Positions 8,395-19,085 of a DNA stretch of 64,000 nt are shown piece after piece (position 1 is the stretch's first letter; the number at the start of each line of letters is the position of its first letter). The translations under genes were made by a program, and so were the position numbers. The stretch is from positions 3,916 through 67,915 of the forward strand of contig CAJGDC010000002.1 in the NCBI GenBank assembly GCA_904502005.1. The letters are read 5' to 3'. Source of the DNA: an uncultured Alistipes sp. Lineage in GTDB: Bacteria; Bacteroidota; Bacteroidia; Bacteroidales; Rikenellaceae. Under the pieces are notes generated by a model. It was not told where the DNA came from. It searched no databases and worked only from the letters and a program-made list of their open reading frames with translations.

Positions 8395-10239
8395 ATGATT
8401 TTTAACAGACCTTTCTCTAAGGCATTGATTATCTTTTCATTGATGCTGGCAACCGTAAACTTTGCGGCCTGCAAGAAGAGCGAAGCGAACAATGACCAAC
8501 TCTTGCCAGAGGTTAATCCTGGAGACGACTTCTATACCTATGCCAATGCCGAGTGGCTCAAGTCACTCGAAGGTTCTGAGCCGCAGGAGTGGCAAGGATT
8601 CCTTTATGATATTGCCAGGGCAAACAGCGCCAAGGTTCAGGTCGTCATGGAGGCCATGCCAGAGTACAAGGCTCTCAAGCAAGCTGGCGCCAACCGCGAG
8701 AAGAATCTCGAGGCATCTGTGCTATTGGTAGAGGAGATTGCAAGTAGTTTACTGGCTGGCGCAACGACCAAGGAGGAGGCATACATCGCCATTGGCAAGG
8801 CCATCCGACTGGGTATTCCGTCAATTGCCACACTCCACACAGCAAGATGCCTCGAGGACAACACGCTCGGCTTCTACTTCATGCTACCTTATCCAAAGGA
8901 GGAGGAGAGTGTAAGCGGCGTACACAGCACCACCGCGACAGATTACCATGTGGCATCAAAGCGTCTGAGCAGATATGTGCAGGATACTCGCAGCGGCAAG
9001 ACGACAGTCGACTATATCCTTGAGGGTATCGGCCTGGATGCGAAGTACTACCTATACGACGATATTACCACCGACTTTGTGGCTGAGCTGGAGCAAATAG
9101 ATACGAAAGAGATTCTGAAGAACATCGGCGATGCTGTCCTGGCAGAGCTCCTCTGCTACTGCTCGGACGACTACGCACGCCAGTACACAGAGGGCGAAGT
9201 GAACTCCGTAGAGGAGTATATCAGCAGGTCGCTTCAGTATGATTTGGGCTACTACATCTCCTACTACTTCTCTCAGGCCTACCCTACCGACAGCGCAGAG
9301 CCAGCATTCTGCGCACTCGGCGACGAGCTTATCGCCTCATTCCGCAAGCGACTGGAGAATAACCAGTGGCTGTCGCCTGCCACTCAGCAAGCAGCCATCG
9401 AGAAGTTGGACCATATGGGCAAGCATTATGGCACTCCTAAGAGGTGGCCAGCAGCCGACTTACCACAGCTCAAGGGCGAGCTGCTCGTAGCAGATGTATT
9501 GGATCTTAGGCAGAGTCGCTATAATACAATCAAGTCGTTGCTGGGCAAGAGTGCAGATGAGTACTTCCCTATCTTCTATATATTCTACAGCCCTGACGGA
9601 CCTATCTTCACCTACACCGCTAACGCCTTCTACGATGCCGCGTACAACGCCTTCTATGTATTGCCTGCATATATGTTGGAGCCCGCATATACTACCGCCA
9701 TGGACGAGTGCCAGCTCTACGCAACCTGGGGTATGACTATTGGCCACGAGATAACCCACGGCTTCGATCAGAGGGGCGCCACCTACGACAAGAATGGCGA
9801 TAAGAACAACTGGTGGACAGAGGGCGATGCCGCCAAGTTTGCCGAGCTAAACGCGCTCCGCATTGCAAATATCAGCAGCTACGAGATTCTGCCCGGCGTG
9901 CAGGCCTATGGCGAGCAGACCGTGGTAGAGGATGTTGCCGACCTCGGCGGTTTTAATATTGCCTACGACTACTGGGTAAATAAGCTCAAGGAGCGCGGCA
10001 TTAAGGGCGATGAGCTCAAAGAGATGAAAAGAGCGTTCTTCCTCCACTTTGCCACTATGTACAGCGAGAAGCTGTCCGATAATGATATGCTCGCTCGCGC
10101 AGCCTCGGATGTCCACTCTGCGGGTCACATCCGCATAAATGGCGTGGTACAGCACATCGACGACTGGTATGAGCTGTTCGATATTACTGAGACCGACGCT
10201 CTATACTTGGCTCCAGAGGATCGAATCACCATCTGGTAA
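8395..10239 (+). CDS. M13 (neprilysin/PepO-like) zinc endopeptidase lipoprotein
   Basis: Lipobox FAAC; VNPGDDFYTYAN; NAFY; GHEITHGFD; EDVADLGG; visibly more C/G-ending codons than neighbours. Confidence 0.9.
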   Translation: MIFNRPFSKALIIFSLMLATVNFAACKKSEANNDQLLPEVNPGDDFYTYANAEWLKSLEGSEPQEWQGFLYDIARANSAKVQVVMEAMPEYKALKQAGANREKNLEASVLLVEEIASSLLAGATTKEEAYIAIGKAIRLGIPSIATLHTARCLEDNTLGFYFMLPYPKEEESVSGVHSTTATDYHVASKRLSRYVQDTRSGKTTVDYILEGIGLDAKYYLYDDITTDFVAELEQIDTKEILKNIGDAVLAELLCYCSDDYARQYTEGEVNSVEEYISRSLQYDLGYYISYYFSQAYPTDSAEPAFCALGDELIASFRKRLENNQWLSPATQQAAIEKLDHMGKHYGTPKRWPAADLPQLKGELLVADVLDLRQSRYNTIKSLLGKSADEYFPIFYIFYSPDGPIFTYTANAFYDAAYNAFYVLPAYMLEPAYTTAMDECQLYATWGMTIGHEITHGFDQRGATYDKNGDKNNWWTEGDAAKFAELNALRIANISSYEILPGVQAYGEQTVVEDVADLGGFNIAYDYWVNKLKERGIKGDELKEMKRAFFLHFATMYSEKLSDNDMLARAASDVHSAGHIRINGVVQHIDDWYELFDITETDALYLAPEDRITIW

Positions 10240-10258
10240 TTATATCCTACAACAACTC

Positions 10259-10296
10259 TAGCCCCGCCTATCTGCTGATAAGCGGGGTTATTTTTT
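10259..10296 (+). terminator. Intrinsic terminator of the M13 gene
   Basis: tagccccgcctatc/gataagcggggtta stem followed by a T run. Confidence 0.75.
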
Positions 10297-10320
10297 GGAA
10301 TAAAAGCGGTTATTAGACAT

Positions 10321-10512
10321 TTTTTAGTTACAATATCATTATAGTAACAAGGTTTTCTCAACACACCCCACGAAAGTTAAATGGTTTAACCAACAATAAA
10401 ACCACAATAGTTACCAATAATCCCAGATATCTTCAAATATCCAAGTTATTGGTAACCATTTCACTGAAGGGATTTACCGAGAATTGTTTGTTATATTAGT
10501 GATATTGTAACT
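10321..10512. repeat. 192-bp palindromic element, copy 2 (same orientation as copy 1)
   Basis: Direct repeat of 8127-8318. Confidence 0.9.
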
Positions 10513-10534
10513 AAATTTTTACTATCTTTGTAGT

Positions 10535-11029
10535 ATGAACATCAAAAACAACATGAATATGAAGAAGATTTTTGCAATTATCTGCGCAGCACTTGCTGTA
10601 AATATGGCATCAGCTCAGCCACCAATGGGCGGCAGAGGAGAACATGGTCCAAAGAAGACCCCAGTAGAGCGAATTGCCGGACTTGTAGAGGAGCTACAGC
10701 TTACGCCTGAGCAGGCTGAGAAGTTTGCTCCTGTATATCTTGCATATCAGGGTGAGATTCGTAAGATTCGTAAGGACCTCAAGGCCCTTATGGATAGCTA
10801 CAACGGCAAGGAGATTAACGAGAAGCTCGCCTTTCGCATGGTTATGGATCAGCTAACTGCCGATGCAGACATTATCGCATGCAAAAAAGAGTATATGCGC
10901 GTATTCAAGAACTATCTCACACCAGAGCAGATGTCAAAAATCTTTATGGTAGAGAAGAAGGCTATGCGCCCACATCACCCAGGTGGTAAAGGTCGTGGAC
11001 CAAGAGGTGAAGGTGGACCAAGAGAGTAG
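10535..11029 (+). CDS. Secreted helical protein, Spy/CpxP-like
   Basis: Signal peptide ending ASAQ; ELQLTPEQAEKF and YLTPEQ motifs; Gly/Pro/Arg-rich tails. Confidence 0.6.
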   Translation: MNIKNNMNMKKIFAIICAALAVNMASAQPPMGGRGEHGPKKTPVERIAGLVEELQLTPEQAEKFAPVYLAYQGEIRKIRKDLKALMDSYNGKEINEKLAFRMVMDQLTADADIIACKKEYMRVFKNYLTPEQMSKIFMVEKKAMRPHHPGGKGRGPRGEGGPRE

Positions 11030-11041
11030 GTGTTAAAAAAC

Positions 11042-11074
11042 AAAAAAATGCGAGCCATAAAACTCGCATTTTTT
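11042..11074. terminator. Bidirectional terminator between convergent genes
   Basis: aaaaaaatgcgag-ccataaaa-ctcgcattttttt. Confidence 0.75.
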
Positions 11075-11077
11075 TGT

Positions 11078-12100
11078 CTATATATCATGTGATAATGGCG
11101 GCGGTACAACCCCACCAAAATCATAATCACCCCAACGGTCTGCAATAGAGGATATTGTATCTTGCAACTCCTCGACATCTGTAAGTGTTACAAGTTTCAT
11201 TCTGGTCTCCTTAAAGTTTGGCAACCCTTTGAAGTAGTTAGACAGATGGCGTCGCATCTCAACAACACCCACCTTGTCTCCCTTAATCTCCACAGACTTT
11301 GCGAGGTGCTCCTTAGCTATTGCAATACGCTCAAGAACAGATGGTTGAGGAAGAATCTCGCCGGTATTAAGATAGTGTCTAATCTCGCGGAAAATCCATG
11401 GGCGACCATATGTAGCACGACCAATCATCACAGCATCTACGCCATAGCGATCAAACATCTCTTTAGCCTTAACAGCAGAATCGACATCGCCATTACCGAT
11501 AATCGGGATATGAATTGTCGGGTCGTTTTTAATCTTTCCTATTAGCGTCCAATCCGCCTCGCCCGTATACATCTGGCAGCGAGTACGACCATGAATTGTA
11601 AGTGCCGCAATACCCACATCTTGCAGTCTATGGGCAATCTCCTCAATGTTCTTACTCTCATCATCCCAACCAAGTCGCGTCTTTACCGTTACAGGCTTAC
11701 GAACAGCGTTCACAATTTGGCGAGTCATCTCAACCATCAGTGGCACATCGCGCATCATACCGCTACCAGCACCACGACCTGCAATCTTCTTCATCGGGCA
11801 GCCGAAATTTATATCAATAACATCGGGATTTGCCGCCTCTGCAATCTTTGCAGCCTCGACCATCGGCTCTATCTGATTTCCGTAAATCTGAATACCTACC
11901 GGGCGCTCAAAGTCCGAAATCTCAAGCTTTGCAAGCGACTTGCGAGCATCACGAATAAGACCATCAGAGGATATAAACTCCGTAGTAACCATATCGGCAC
12001 CAAAGAGCTTACACATATAGCGAAACGAAGGGTCGGTAACATCCTCCATTGGCGCAAGAAAGAGGGCTCTATCCTGAAGAGATATATCTGCTATTTTCAT
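11078..12100 (-). CDS. dusB: tRNA-dihydrouridine synthase B
   Basis: LAPMEDVTD, IDINFGCP, TVKTRLGWD, TIHGRT, IGNGDV. Confidence 0.93.
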   Translation of the reverse strand: MKIADISLQDRALFLAPMEDVTDPSFRYMCKLFGADMVTTEFISSDGLIRDARKSLAKLEISDFERPVGIQIYGNQIEPMVEAAKIAEAANPDVIDINFGCPMKKIAGRGAGSGMMRDVPLMVEMTRQIVNAVRKPVTVKTRLGWDDESKNIEEIAHRLQDVGIAALTIHGRTRCQMYTGEADWTLIGKIKNDPTIHIPIIGNGDVDSAVKAKEMFDRYGVDAVMIGRATYGRPWIFREIRHYLNTGEILPQPSVLERIAIAKEHLAKSVEIKGDKVGVVEMRRHLSNYFKGLPNFKETRMKLVTLTDVEELQDTISSIADRWGDYDFGGVVPPPLSHDI

Positions 12101-12993
12101 CACTTCTTTCTGTATATCTGATACGAATTAACTATATTTTGCCACACGATATATGCTGTAGGTGCGACACAAGCCAAGGGATTCAGAAATGACTGCGCCA
12201 TCCAAACAGCCAGCACTGTATTCTTCTGTCCCAACGACTGACCTCCAGCCACCTTGTCACCATATTTAGCACCTATCTTGCGGCCAATTATAAACTGAGC
12301 GAGACAAATAAATGCTGCCACAACTGCAAGAACAATCTCCGTTGTAAGGTCCGTTGCACTATGGTCAATAACAAAGGCTGTGGTTCTGCCTACAACAACG
12401 GTAAGGGATACCAGCCATATATAGAACGACATTCTACTATGGTCAGCTACCCACATAGCCACCTTTGGTAGCGCAAAGCGACACAGCTGCCCTGCTACAA
12501 ATGGAGCAATAAGCAGTGGAGCCACCTTTGTAAGTATCTGCATAAGTGTACACTCTCCATTGCCCACCCACGAAAGGATGAATGGTGCAACACATGCTGT
12601 TGCTATATTACAAAGCAGGCTATAGGTGGTCATATTTTCAATATTAGCGCCCAACATACCACCAATAACTACAGCCGCCATAGCAATCGGTGCAAGAGCA
12701 CATATCATAGCTCCTTGAGCAATAGTCTCACCAAGCGGTTGGCATAGTGTATAGAGCATAATCGCTCCTACTATTTGCGCAGCGAAGAGCCAAAAGTGCA
12801 TCATCGTGATGCGCATCTTTGTAATATCGACCCTGCAATAGGTAAAAAAGAGCATGGCAAATATCAGCAATGGCGTAACCATTCCGCCACTCCAATTATC
12901 TACCAAAACAATCTGACGACACAACAATGCACCTATAACCATACCGAACGGCATAGATATAGTGCGCAGTGTATGTGACGAAAGCCTCTGCAT
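12100..12993 (-). CDS. Bile acid:Na+ symporter (BASS)-like transporter
   Basis: Multi-TM; GQSLGQKNTVLAVW...APTAYIVWQNIVNSYQ. Confidence 0.75.
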   Translation of the reverse strand: MQRLSSHTLRTISMPFGMVIGALLCRQIVLVDNWSGGMVTPLLIFAMLFFTYCRVDITKMRITMMHFWLFAAQIVGAIMLYTLCQPLGETIAQGAMICALAPIAMAAVVIGGMLGANIENMTTYSLLCNIATACVAPFILSWVGNGECTLMQILTKVAPLLIAPFVAGQLCRFALPKVAMWVADHSRMSFYIWLVSLTVVVGRTTAFVIDHSATDLTTEIVLAVVAAFICLAQFIIGRKIGAKYGDKVAGGQSLGQKNTVLAVWMAQSFLNPLACVAPTAYIVWQNIVNSYQIYRKK

Positions 12994-14600
12994 TACTCTA
13001 TTCCATTAAAGAAGTAAGGAGCGTAGACAAAGCCCTTCTTATCGTACAATTTGCGAAGGATATGCATACGACGTGCAAAATCGTCATAGTCCTTATTTCC
13101 ATACGACCAACCAGTCTCAGCAAGCGCAGCAACACGCGGCAAGAGCATATGCTGAATATGGTCAAAGGTTGCGATATACTCAGTCCACAGATTAACCTGC
13201 ACACCCTTAATAAACTTCTGTTGCTCCTCATTAAGCCCCGAATAAGGGTCCAAAGAGTAGGTTTTACGCAATGTAACAGGGAAACGACCATTACCAAGAG
13301 GCTCACCATTCTTTGTCGGATTTGAAGTCTGGTAGTAATCAATATAGCAGTGGGTATTTGGAGTCATAATAACATGATTTCCCAACTTTGCAGCAGCAAT
13401 ACCACCCTTGCTGCCACGCCAAGACATCACTGTTGCACTCTTTGAAATTCCACCCTGAAGAATCTCATCCCAACCGATAATAGAACGACCACGCTCATTG
13501 AGCCACTTCTCTATACGCTCCATAAAGTAGCTCTGAAGCTGATGCTCATCTTTTAGTCCCTCATCCTTAATGCGCTTCTGGCAGTGAGGACACTTTTTCC
13601 ACTCATCACGTGGAGCCTCGTCGCCACCAATATGAATATACTTATATGGAAAGAGCTCAAGCACCTCAGTAAGCACGTTCTCAATAAACTCGAAGGTGCT
13701 CTCCTTACCTGCACAGAAGATATTCTTGCTAATTCCCCAACGAGTCCACACCTCATAAGGCCCACCTGAGCAGCCAAGATGTGGATAGGTTGTAAGCGCA
13801 GCCACCGCATGACCAGGCATCTCAATCTCTGGGATAACATCAATGTATCGCTCTGCTGCATAGGCTACAACCTCACGCACCTGATCTTGAGTAAAGACAC
13901 CGCCATAACGAGTACCATCATAGACCTTTGACTTACGATTTCTGCCTATAATCGTCTCATTGCGATATGCTCCAACCTGTGACAACTCAGGATAACGCTT
14001 AATCTCAATTCGCCAACCTTGATCCTCTGTAAGATGCCAATGGAACTTGTTTATTTTATGTAATGCAAGTATGTCTATATAACGCTTTACTTCATCTACT
14101 GTAAAGATGTGACGGCAGACATCAAACATAGCACCACGATACTCAAAATGTGGCTTATCTGCAATGGTAACAGCAGCAAGTGTAACAACACCACTCTCTA
14201 TAGGCGAAGCTGCTGCAATCTGTAGCAGACTCTGCAAACCAAAGAAGACAGCACGCTCACTGCCACCAACAATCCAAATGCCGGCTGTAGTAATCTTAAG
14301 CATATACTGCTCTGACTCAAGAGTCGAATCAACCGATAGATTGATAGCTCCAGAACGAGATGACGACTTCTTGACAACCAGGCGTTTACCTAGTATTACC
14401 TCAAGGTCCTCTGCAAATATCTCACCAGCACGAACAAGTGATGCTGACTCAGTACGGACAATACTCTTTGAGTTCAGAATAAACTGTCCTTCAATCGCCT
14501 CACAACTTAGCGGACGAGGCACAATAACATTTGCATAATCAACAGCATAAACAGCTGTTGAGCAAAGAATTGCAACGATTATTAAAAGTATACGTTTCAT
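12993..14600 (-). CDS. GH20 beta-N-acetylhexosaminidase
   Basis: YRGAMFDVCRH, FHWHLTEDQGWR, PEIEMPGH, HIGGDE; signal peptide. Confidence 0.95.
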   Translation of the reverse strand: MKRILLIIVAILCSTAVYAVDYANVIVPRPLSCEAIEGQFILNSKSIVRTESASLVRAGEIFAEDLEVILGKRLVVKKSSSRSGAINLSVDSTLESEQYMLKITTAGIWIVGGSERAVFFGLQSLLQIAAASPIESGVVTLAAVTIADKPHFEYRGAMFDVCRHIFTVDEVKRYIDILALHKINKFHWHLTEDQGWRIEIKRYPELSQVGAYRNETIIGRNRKSKVYDGTRYGGVFTQDQVREVVAYAAERYIDVIPEIEMPGHAVAALTTYPHLGCSGGPYEVWTRWGISKNIFCAGKESTFEFIENVLTEVLELFPYKYIHIGGDEAPRDEWKKCPHCQKRIKDEGLKDEHQLQSYFMERIEKWLNERGRSIIGWDEILQGGISKSATVMSWRGSKGGIAAAKLGNHVIMTPNTHCYIDYYQTSNPTKNGEPLGNGRFPVTLRKTYSLDPYSGLNEEQQKFIKGVQVNLWTEYIATFDHIQHMLLPRVAALAETGWSYGNKDYDDFARRMHILRKLYDKKGFVYAPYFFNGIE

Positions 14601-14603
14601 AGG

Positions 14604-17573
14604 TTAGTGTATTAAATATTCTATAATCTCTCTCATCAAAAAGTCGCGATTCTGCTCATCTGTAATGGACTCAAACGGAAATCCCATAACAAATGTTGCT
14701 CCACCCTTCTCGCCGTTCCATCCAATGGCTGCTGCAAGATTACTATCCGGATAGCGCATTAACATCTTTGCGTTACCCACCGGTGCAAAAGCATCTACCG
14801 AATTAACTGTATAGTAATCAGGGCGATACTCTCGGCAATAGCTATAATCTCTACTACTAAGACGTTCTGCTGCACGACTCGCAGTTGTAACATAATCCAA
14901 TTTTGTGACACAACTGCCATTTCCCATATACGAAATATGGAGTATATCCCTTGCAAATTGCACATCTACCTCTCGTGAGGTCTTAGAACCACAGAGATCA
15001 GCACCTATGTATGCACCAGATACGAACAAAGCTCCATTTGACTTTAAGTAATCAGAGATAACTCTCTGTAAATCATCAGAGAAACACTGATATTTACTCT
15101 CAGCAACTCCTCGACCTATAGTTGTAGTTCGTTGTTTACCCAATACAAGATCCACGACATTAAAGCCAGACAAATCCACCTCCCCACTCTCAACGGCAGC
15201 TACACTGGAAGAGTAGAAAGAGCAACCAGTGACCTTAAGACTTTTGCCATGAAGATATGGGTAGTCAAAGCTATTTCCACCAACGATTTTGCCTGCGTGG
15301 TTACTAAATGAGACACCAAAAGCTCGAGGTTCACTCTTCTCTCTTCGTTTTGAGATATCGTGTACACGTTGCTCACCAATAAATGCCACATCGCGCAGGT
15401 ATGCCACACCGCTATCAAACTCATTATGAAAACCATCTTCACGACACTCCGCAGCCGACAACCTATCAAAACCATTGACAATCATTACTGTTGACTGAGC
15501 ATCAGAAGATTGACATACAGCAAGCGTTTCACTTGGAAAACTCTCTCCACCAGCATTAATTGCAGTTACACGATAACTATATATAACATCTTGCTTTTGA
15601 TTGACAATCAGAGAATTATCTGTCACAACCCTACCATTATCAAAGCCACCATCACCTTCACGTGTATATACTATATACGCAGTTGGTTTTGCTGTTATTT
15701 CAAGAGAATCAACAGTAGCTCTCCATGTCAATCGAACCTCGCCATCACCAGCTGGTGAGGTAGCAAAACTATTTATCGGCAGAGGTGCCACACAATACTC
15801 TCTACCATACTGAACCGACAGATGGCGCAAAATTGCCTTATATATAGCACGCGAAACTGTAAACTTAAAGTTAGGGTCGTGACCAAGTCGCATATCAGCC
15901 AAATTCTGGTGCGACAGCAGCTCCAATAGCATAGTCGGTGTAGATGGCACACGAGCCTCAAAATAGGAGCGATTCCACATACCTCGTCTTCGCCACTCTG
16001 GCTCATATGTACGACGTATATCATTGGTAATCTGCGACATAATAAGGTCTGTAAGGTCGCGCGAAAGGAAACGACTTGCGCCATCTTCAAACTTTCCTTT
16101 TTTGTACTTAGTATAGTAAATACCCAAAGTACCAATGGTTGCATCATTGTCTGTAATTCCCGCATCAGAGTGGAAGGCTAGTGACAAATCGATAGGAATA
16201 CCAAGCCCCTCCTCCTTTTCAAGACGCTCAGAGCCACCCATCAGAGCATTTACCCACTCACCTCGACACTTGTAGTCATCATTATAGTCATTACAATCGT
16301 CATGCTTACTATAGACCTCTTTATCAAATCCTGCCCACTGGAGCCAATACCTTGCACCCTCACAATAGCGTGGCATGCCACTCGTTATTGGAGTATAATC
16401 ACACCCCTCAACGCGCAGAGAATCACATACAGTGCGAGCAATGTTTCCATAACCACCACCTATCTTTACAGCATCAGCAGTAACTACGTAATTATTTGAG
16501 TTAGCAATATTTGTAAGCGTTACTGCAAGTTTATCTTTACCTGGAGTAAAATGATATGTACCGAGATAAATCCATGTACCACCACCTATCTTTTGATTGA
16601 CATGCACACGGCTCTGTCCACCTGCATGATGAATAGTATAGAGCGCCCCATCCAAACTATTTGGCAATGACTTATAACTTACATAAACCGCATAATCACC
16701 GCTCTTATCAAAGTTTGCCGACCACTTTGCCACACTTGGCTTACCTCCGTCAGCAACAGTCTTAACAACCCTGCAACTACCATCCTTAAATGGATTTTCT
16801 CCAGAGAGATAGCTCTCATTTTTATATGCAAAACCCTCCGAAATAGAGTTCCAGAGTTGCAAACCATTAGTTTCAGAGTAACCAATGCCATCATTGTCAA
16901 CAATAATCTCCTCGGTCTGGAAATCGCGCTCACGAGGGAGCATAACCGTTGCTCCTGCGGCCTCAAGCATAGGCACTACGTACGGAAGCACATAGCTCTG
17001 AGTATACAAATCCTCAACAGTCTGCCATAGCAGAGAGCGCTGCCAACGCCACTCATTGGCCTTAACATCAAAATAACGACCATGGCTCTGCCACAGAGCG
17101 ATATGTCTATCATTTAATCCCTTAGTGATTTTATAAGGACGTTCAGGACGCACCAGCTGACCACCCTCAGAGCTATTGACAAAAGGGGTAACTCTCTTTG
17201 TTGAACTGCGATATCCAAGAGGTATATATTGTGACATCTCTCTACCATCAGAATAGAGTTCTACCTTCTTAGTCTTCAATTTAGCAGGTAGATGGATTCG
17301 TACAGAATCACACATAGCTCGCAAATTATCTTCACGAACAGGATAGTACGACAGGCCTACAGATGTAACAACTCTTACAGCGCCGCCCTTAATAGCCACA
17401 GAGGTCACCTTTACCTGAACACCTTTAACCTCGCGCTGAACAATGCGCGTAAGTGTCTGAGATATAGCCGTTTTCTGTTGCTCGGTTACAATGCTTTTAG
17501 GAGCAGCAGCAACTACACCCGAGATAAAAAGCGATAGAATGAGTATATAAATTTTACGCAAATTCGGTTTCAT
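14604..17573 (-). CDS. Secreted multidomain protein: amidase-like catalytic region, golvesin-like carbohydrate-binding module and FN3 (often annotated xanthan lyase)
   Basis: IALWQSHG...VEDL, AFHSDAG, LLELLSHQN; WIYLGTYHF...VTADAVKIGGG; YSYRVTAINAGGESFPS. Confidence 0.65.
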   Translation of the reverse strand: MKPNLRKIYILILSLFISGVVAAAPKSIVTEQQKTAISQTLTRIVQREVKGVQVKVTSVAIKGGAVRVVTSVGLSYYPVREDNLRAMCDSVRIHLPAKLKTKKVELYSDGREMSQYIPLGYRSSTKRVTPFVNSSEGGQLVRPERPYKITKGLNDRHIALWQSHGRYFDVKANEWRWQRSLLWQTVEDLYTQSYVLPYVVPMLEAAGATVMLPRERDFQTEEIIVDNDGIGYSETNGLQLWNSISEGFAYKNESYLSGENPFKDGSCRVVKTVADGGKPSVAKWSANFDKSGDYAVYVSYKSLPNSLDGALYTIHHAGGQSRVHVNQKIGGGTWIYLGTYHFTPGKDKLAVTLTNIANSNNYVVTADAVKIGGGYGNIARTVCDSLRVEGCDYTPITSGMPRYCEGARYWLQWAGFDKEVYSKHDDCNDYNDDYKCRGEWVNALMGGSERLEKEEGLGIPIDLSLAFHSDAGITDNDATIGTLGIYYTKYKKGKFEDGASRFLSRDLTDLIMSQITNDIRRTYEPEWRRRGMWNRSYFEARVPSTPTMLLELLSHQNLADMRLGHDPNFKFTVSRAIYKAILRHLSVQYGREYCVAPLPINSFATSPAGDGEVRLTWRATVDSLEITAKPTAYIVYTREGDGGFDNGRVVTDNSLIVNQKQDVIYSYRVTAINAGGESFPSETLAVCQSSDAQSTVMIVNGFDRLSAAECREDGFHNEFDSGVAYLRDVAFIGEQRVHDISKRREKSEPRAFGVSFSNHAGKIVGGNSFDYPYLHGKSLKVTGCSFYSSSVAAVESGEVDLSGFNVVDLVLGKQRTTTIGRGVAESKYQCFSDDLQRVISDYLKSNGALFVSGAYIGADLCGSKTSREVDVQFARDILHISYMGNGSCVTKLDYVTTASRAAERLSSRDYSYCREYRPDYYTVNSVDAFAPVGNAKMLMRYPDSNLAAAIGWNGEKGGATFVMGFPFESITDEQNRDFLMREIIEYLIH

Positions 17574-17608
17574 AGTGACAAAGATACAAAATAAAGGTAT
17601 CTTTTCAC

Positions 17609-17637
17609 AAAAAAGAGGAGGTTTTTACACCTCCTCA
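17609..17637 (-). terminator. Terminator after pepD
   Basis: gaggagg/cctcctc stem preceded by an A run on + (U tract on -). Confidence 0.65.
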
Positions 17638-17640
17638 TCT

Positions 17641-19083
17641 TTATTTCACTCGTTTCAGTACATCAAGAAGCAGTCTCCAGAATTTATCAACAGTGGCTAT
17701 CTCAAGTCTTTCATCAGGAGAGTGAACACCTCTTAGTGTCGGTCCGAAAGAGACCATCTCCAGATGTGGATACTTCTCAAGGAACAGACCACACTCAAGA
17801 CCAGCATGGATAGCTCGCACCTTTGGCTCTGCATCAAAGAGTGACTTATAACTATCAATACTCCAAGCCAAAAGTGATGAATTTGGATTAGGGGTCCATC
17901 CAGGATAACCATCAGAGTGCTCCACTGTTGCGCCAGAGGATGCAAGCACAGCCTCAACGCTATGCATCGCATTTCTCTTCGCCAACTCTACACTTGAGCG
18001 CTGAGATGTTGTTACAACAATCTGCTTACCTACAAACTTCACAGAAGCTGTATTTGTAGAGGTCTCAACAAGGTCCTTCATAGTTTGTGACATAGCCAGC
18101 ACACCATTTGGCAGACCTACAATTGCAGCAAGGAGTGCCGACTGAGTATCCTCGTCAATCACAGGCTGCTCGGCCGCCTGACCCAAAGTAAATTTCAGAT
18201 TTGGCTCAGTAGCTAAATATAGAGCCTTTGTTGCAGACACATAGGTCGCGAGTGCTGTCTCAAAGAGTAGCGCAGTATGCTCTGGAACGGCAACAATAGC
18301 ATACGCCTCACGCGGAATAGCGTTACGGAGATTTCCACCATCAAACATACCAAGACGAATACCAAAACGCTCTGCATCGTAAAGGAAGTGTGCCAAAATC
18401 TTATTTGCATTACCAAGACCCTTATCAATATCGTCGCCAGAGTGTCCACCCTTAAGACCTGAAACACCCACACGGTAATACTCATAACCCGCAGGGAGAT
18501 TCTCCGTATTATAATCGAAATAGCCGAGAGTATCCACACCACCTGCACAGCCGATAAAAATCTCACCCTCATCCTCAGAGTCGAGATTTATCAGATACTT
18601 ACCCGTAAGCATACCCTCACCAAGATTAAAGGCACCTGTAAGACCGGTCTCCTCATCTACGGTAAAGAGCGCCTCAATTGCGCCGTGCTCAATAGTTGGG
18701 TCAATAAGTACCGCAAGTGCTGCAGCCATACCGATACCACAGTCGGCACCAAGGGTTGTTCCCTCAGCCTTCACCCAGCCATCCTCAATCTTTGTACGGA
18801 TAGGTTCTGTCATAAAGTCATGAACAGTGTCGGAGTTCTTCTCGCAAACCATATCCATGTGTGACTGCAAAATTACAGTTGGCACACCTTCATAACCAGC
18901 AGTGGCAGCTTTGCGAATTACAACATTGCCAATCTGGTCACGCTCTGCCTCAAGGTTGTGCTTTTTAGCAAAATCGAGCAGGTACTCAATAATCTTCTCC
19001 TCGTGCTTTGAAGGACGAGGCACCGCAGTAATTTCATCAAAAATTTCCCAAATCAAATTGGGTTGAAGTTCTCTAATTGTCAT
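17641..19083 (-). CDS. pepD: Aminoacyl-histidine dipeptidase (M20C)
   Basis: QSHMDMVCEK, TTLGAD, VDEETGL, NLDSE, IHAGLECG, HSPDE. Confidence 0.95.
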   Translation of the reverse strand: MTIRELQPNLIWEIFDEITAVPRPSKHEEKIIEYLLDFAKKHNLEAERDQIGNVVIRKAATAGYEGVPTVILQSHMDMVCEKNSDTVHDFMTEPIRTKIEDGWVKAEGTTLGADCGIGMAAALAVLIDPTIEHGAIEALFTVDEETGLTGAFNLGEGMLTGKYLINLDSEDEGEIFIGCAGGVDTLGYFDYNTENLPAGYEYYRVGVSGLKGGHSGDDIDKGLGNANKILAHFLYDAERFGIRLGMFDGGNLRNAIPREAYAIVAVPEHTALLFETALATYVSATKALYLATEPNLKFTLGQAAEQPVIDEDTQSALLAAIVGLPNGVLAMSQTMKDLVETSTNTASVKFVGKQIVVTTSQRSSVELAKRNAMHSVEAVLASSGATVEHSDGYPGWTPNPNSSLLAWSIDSYKSLFDAEPKVRAIHAGLECGLFLEKYPHLEMVSFGPTLRGVHSPDERLEIATVDKFWRLLLDVLKRVK

Positions 19084-19085
19084 CT

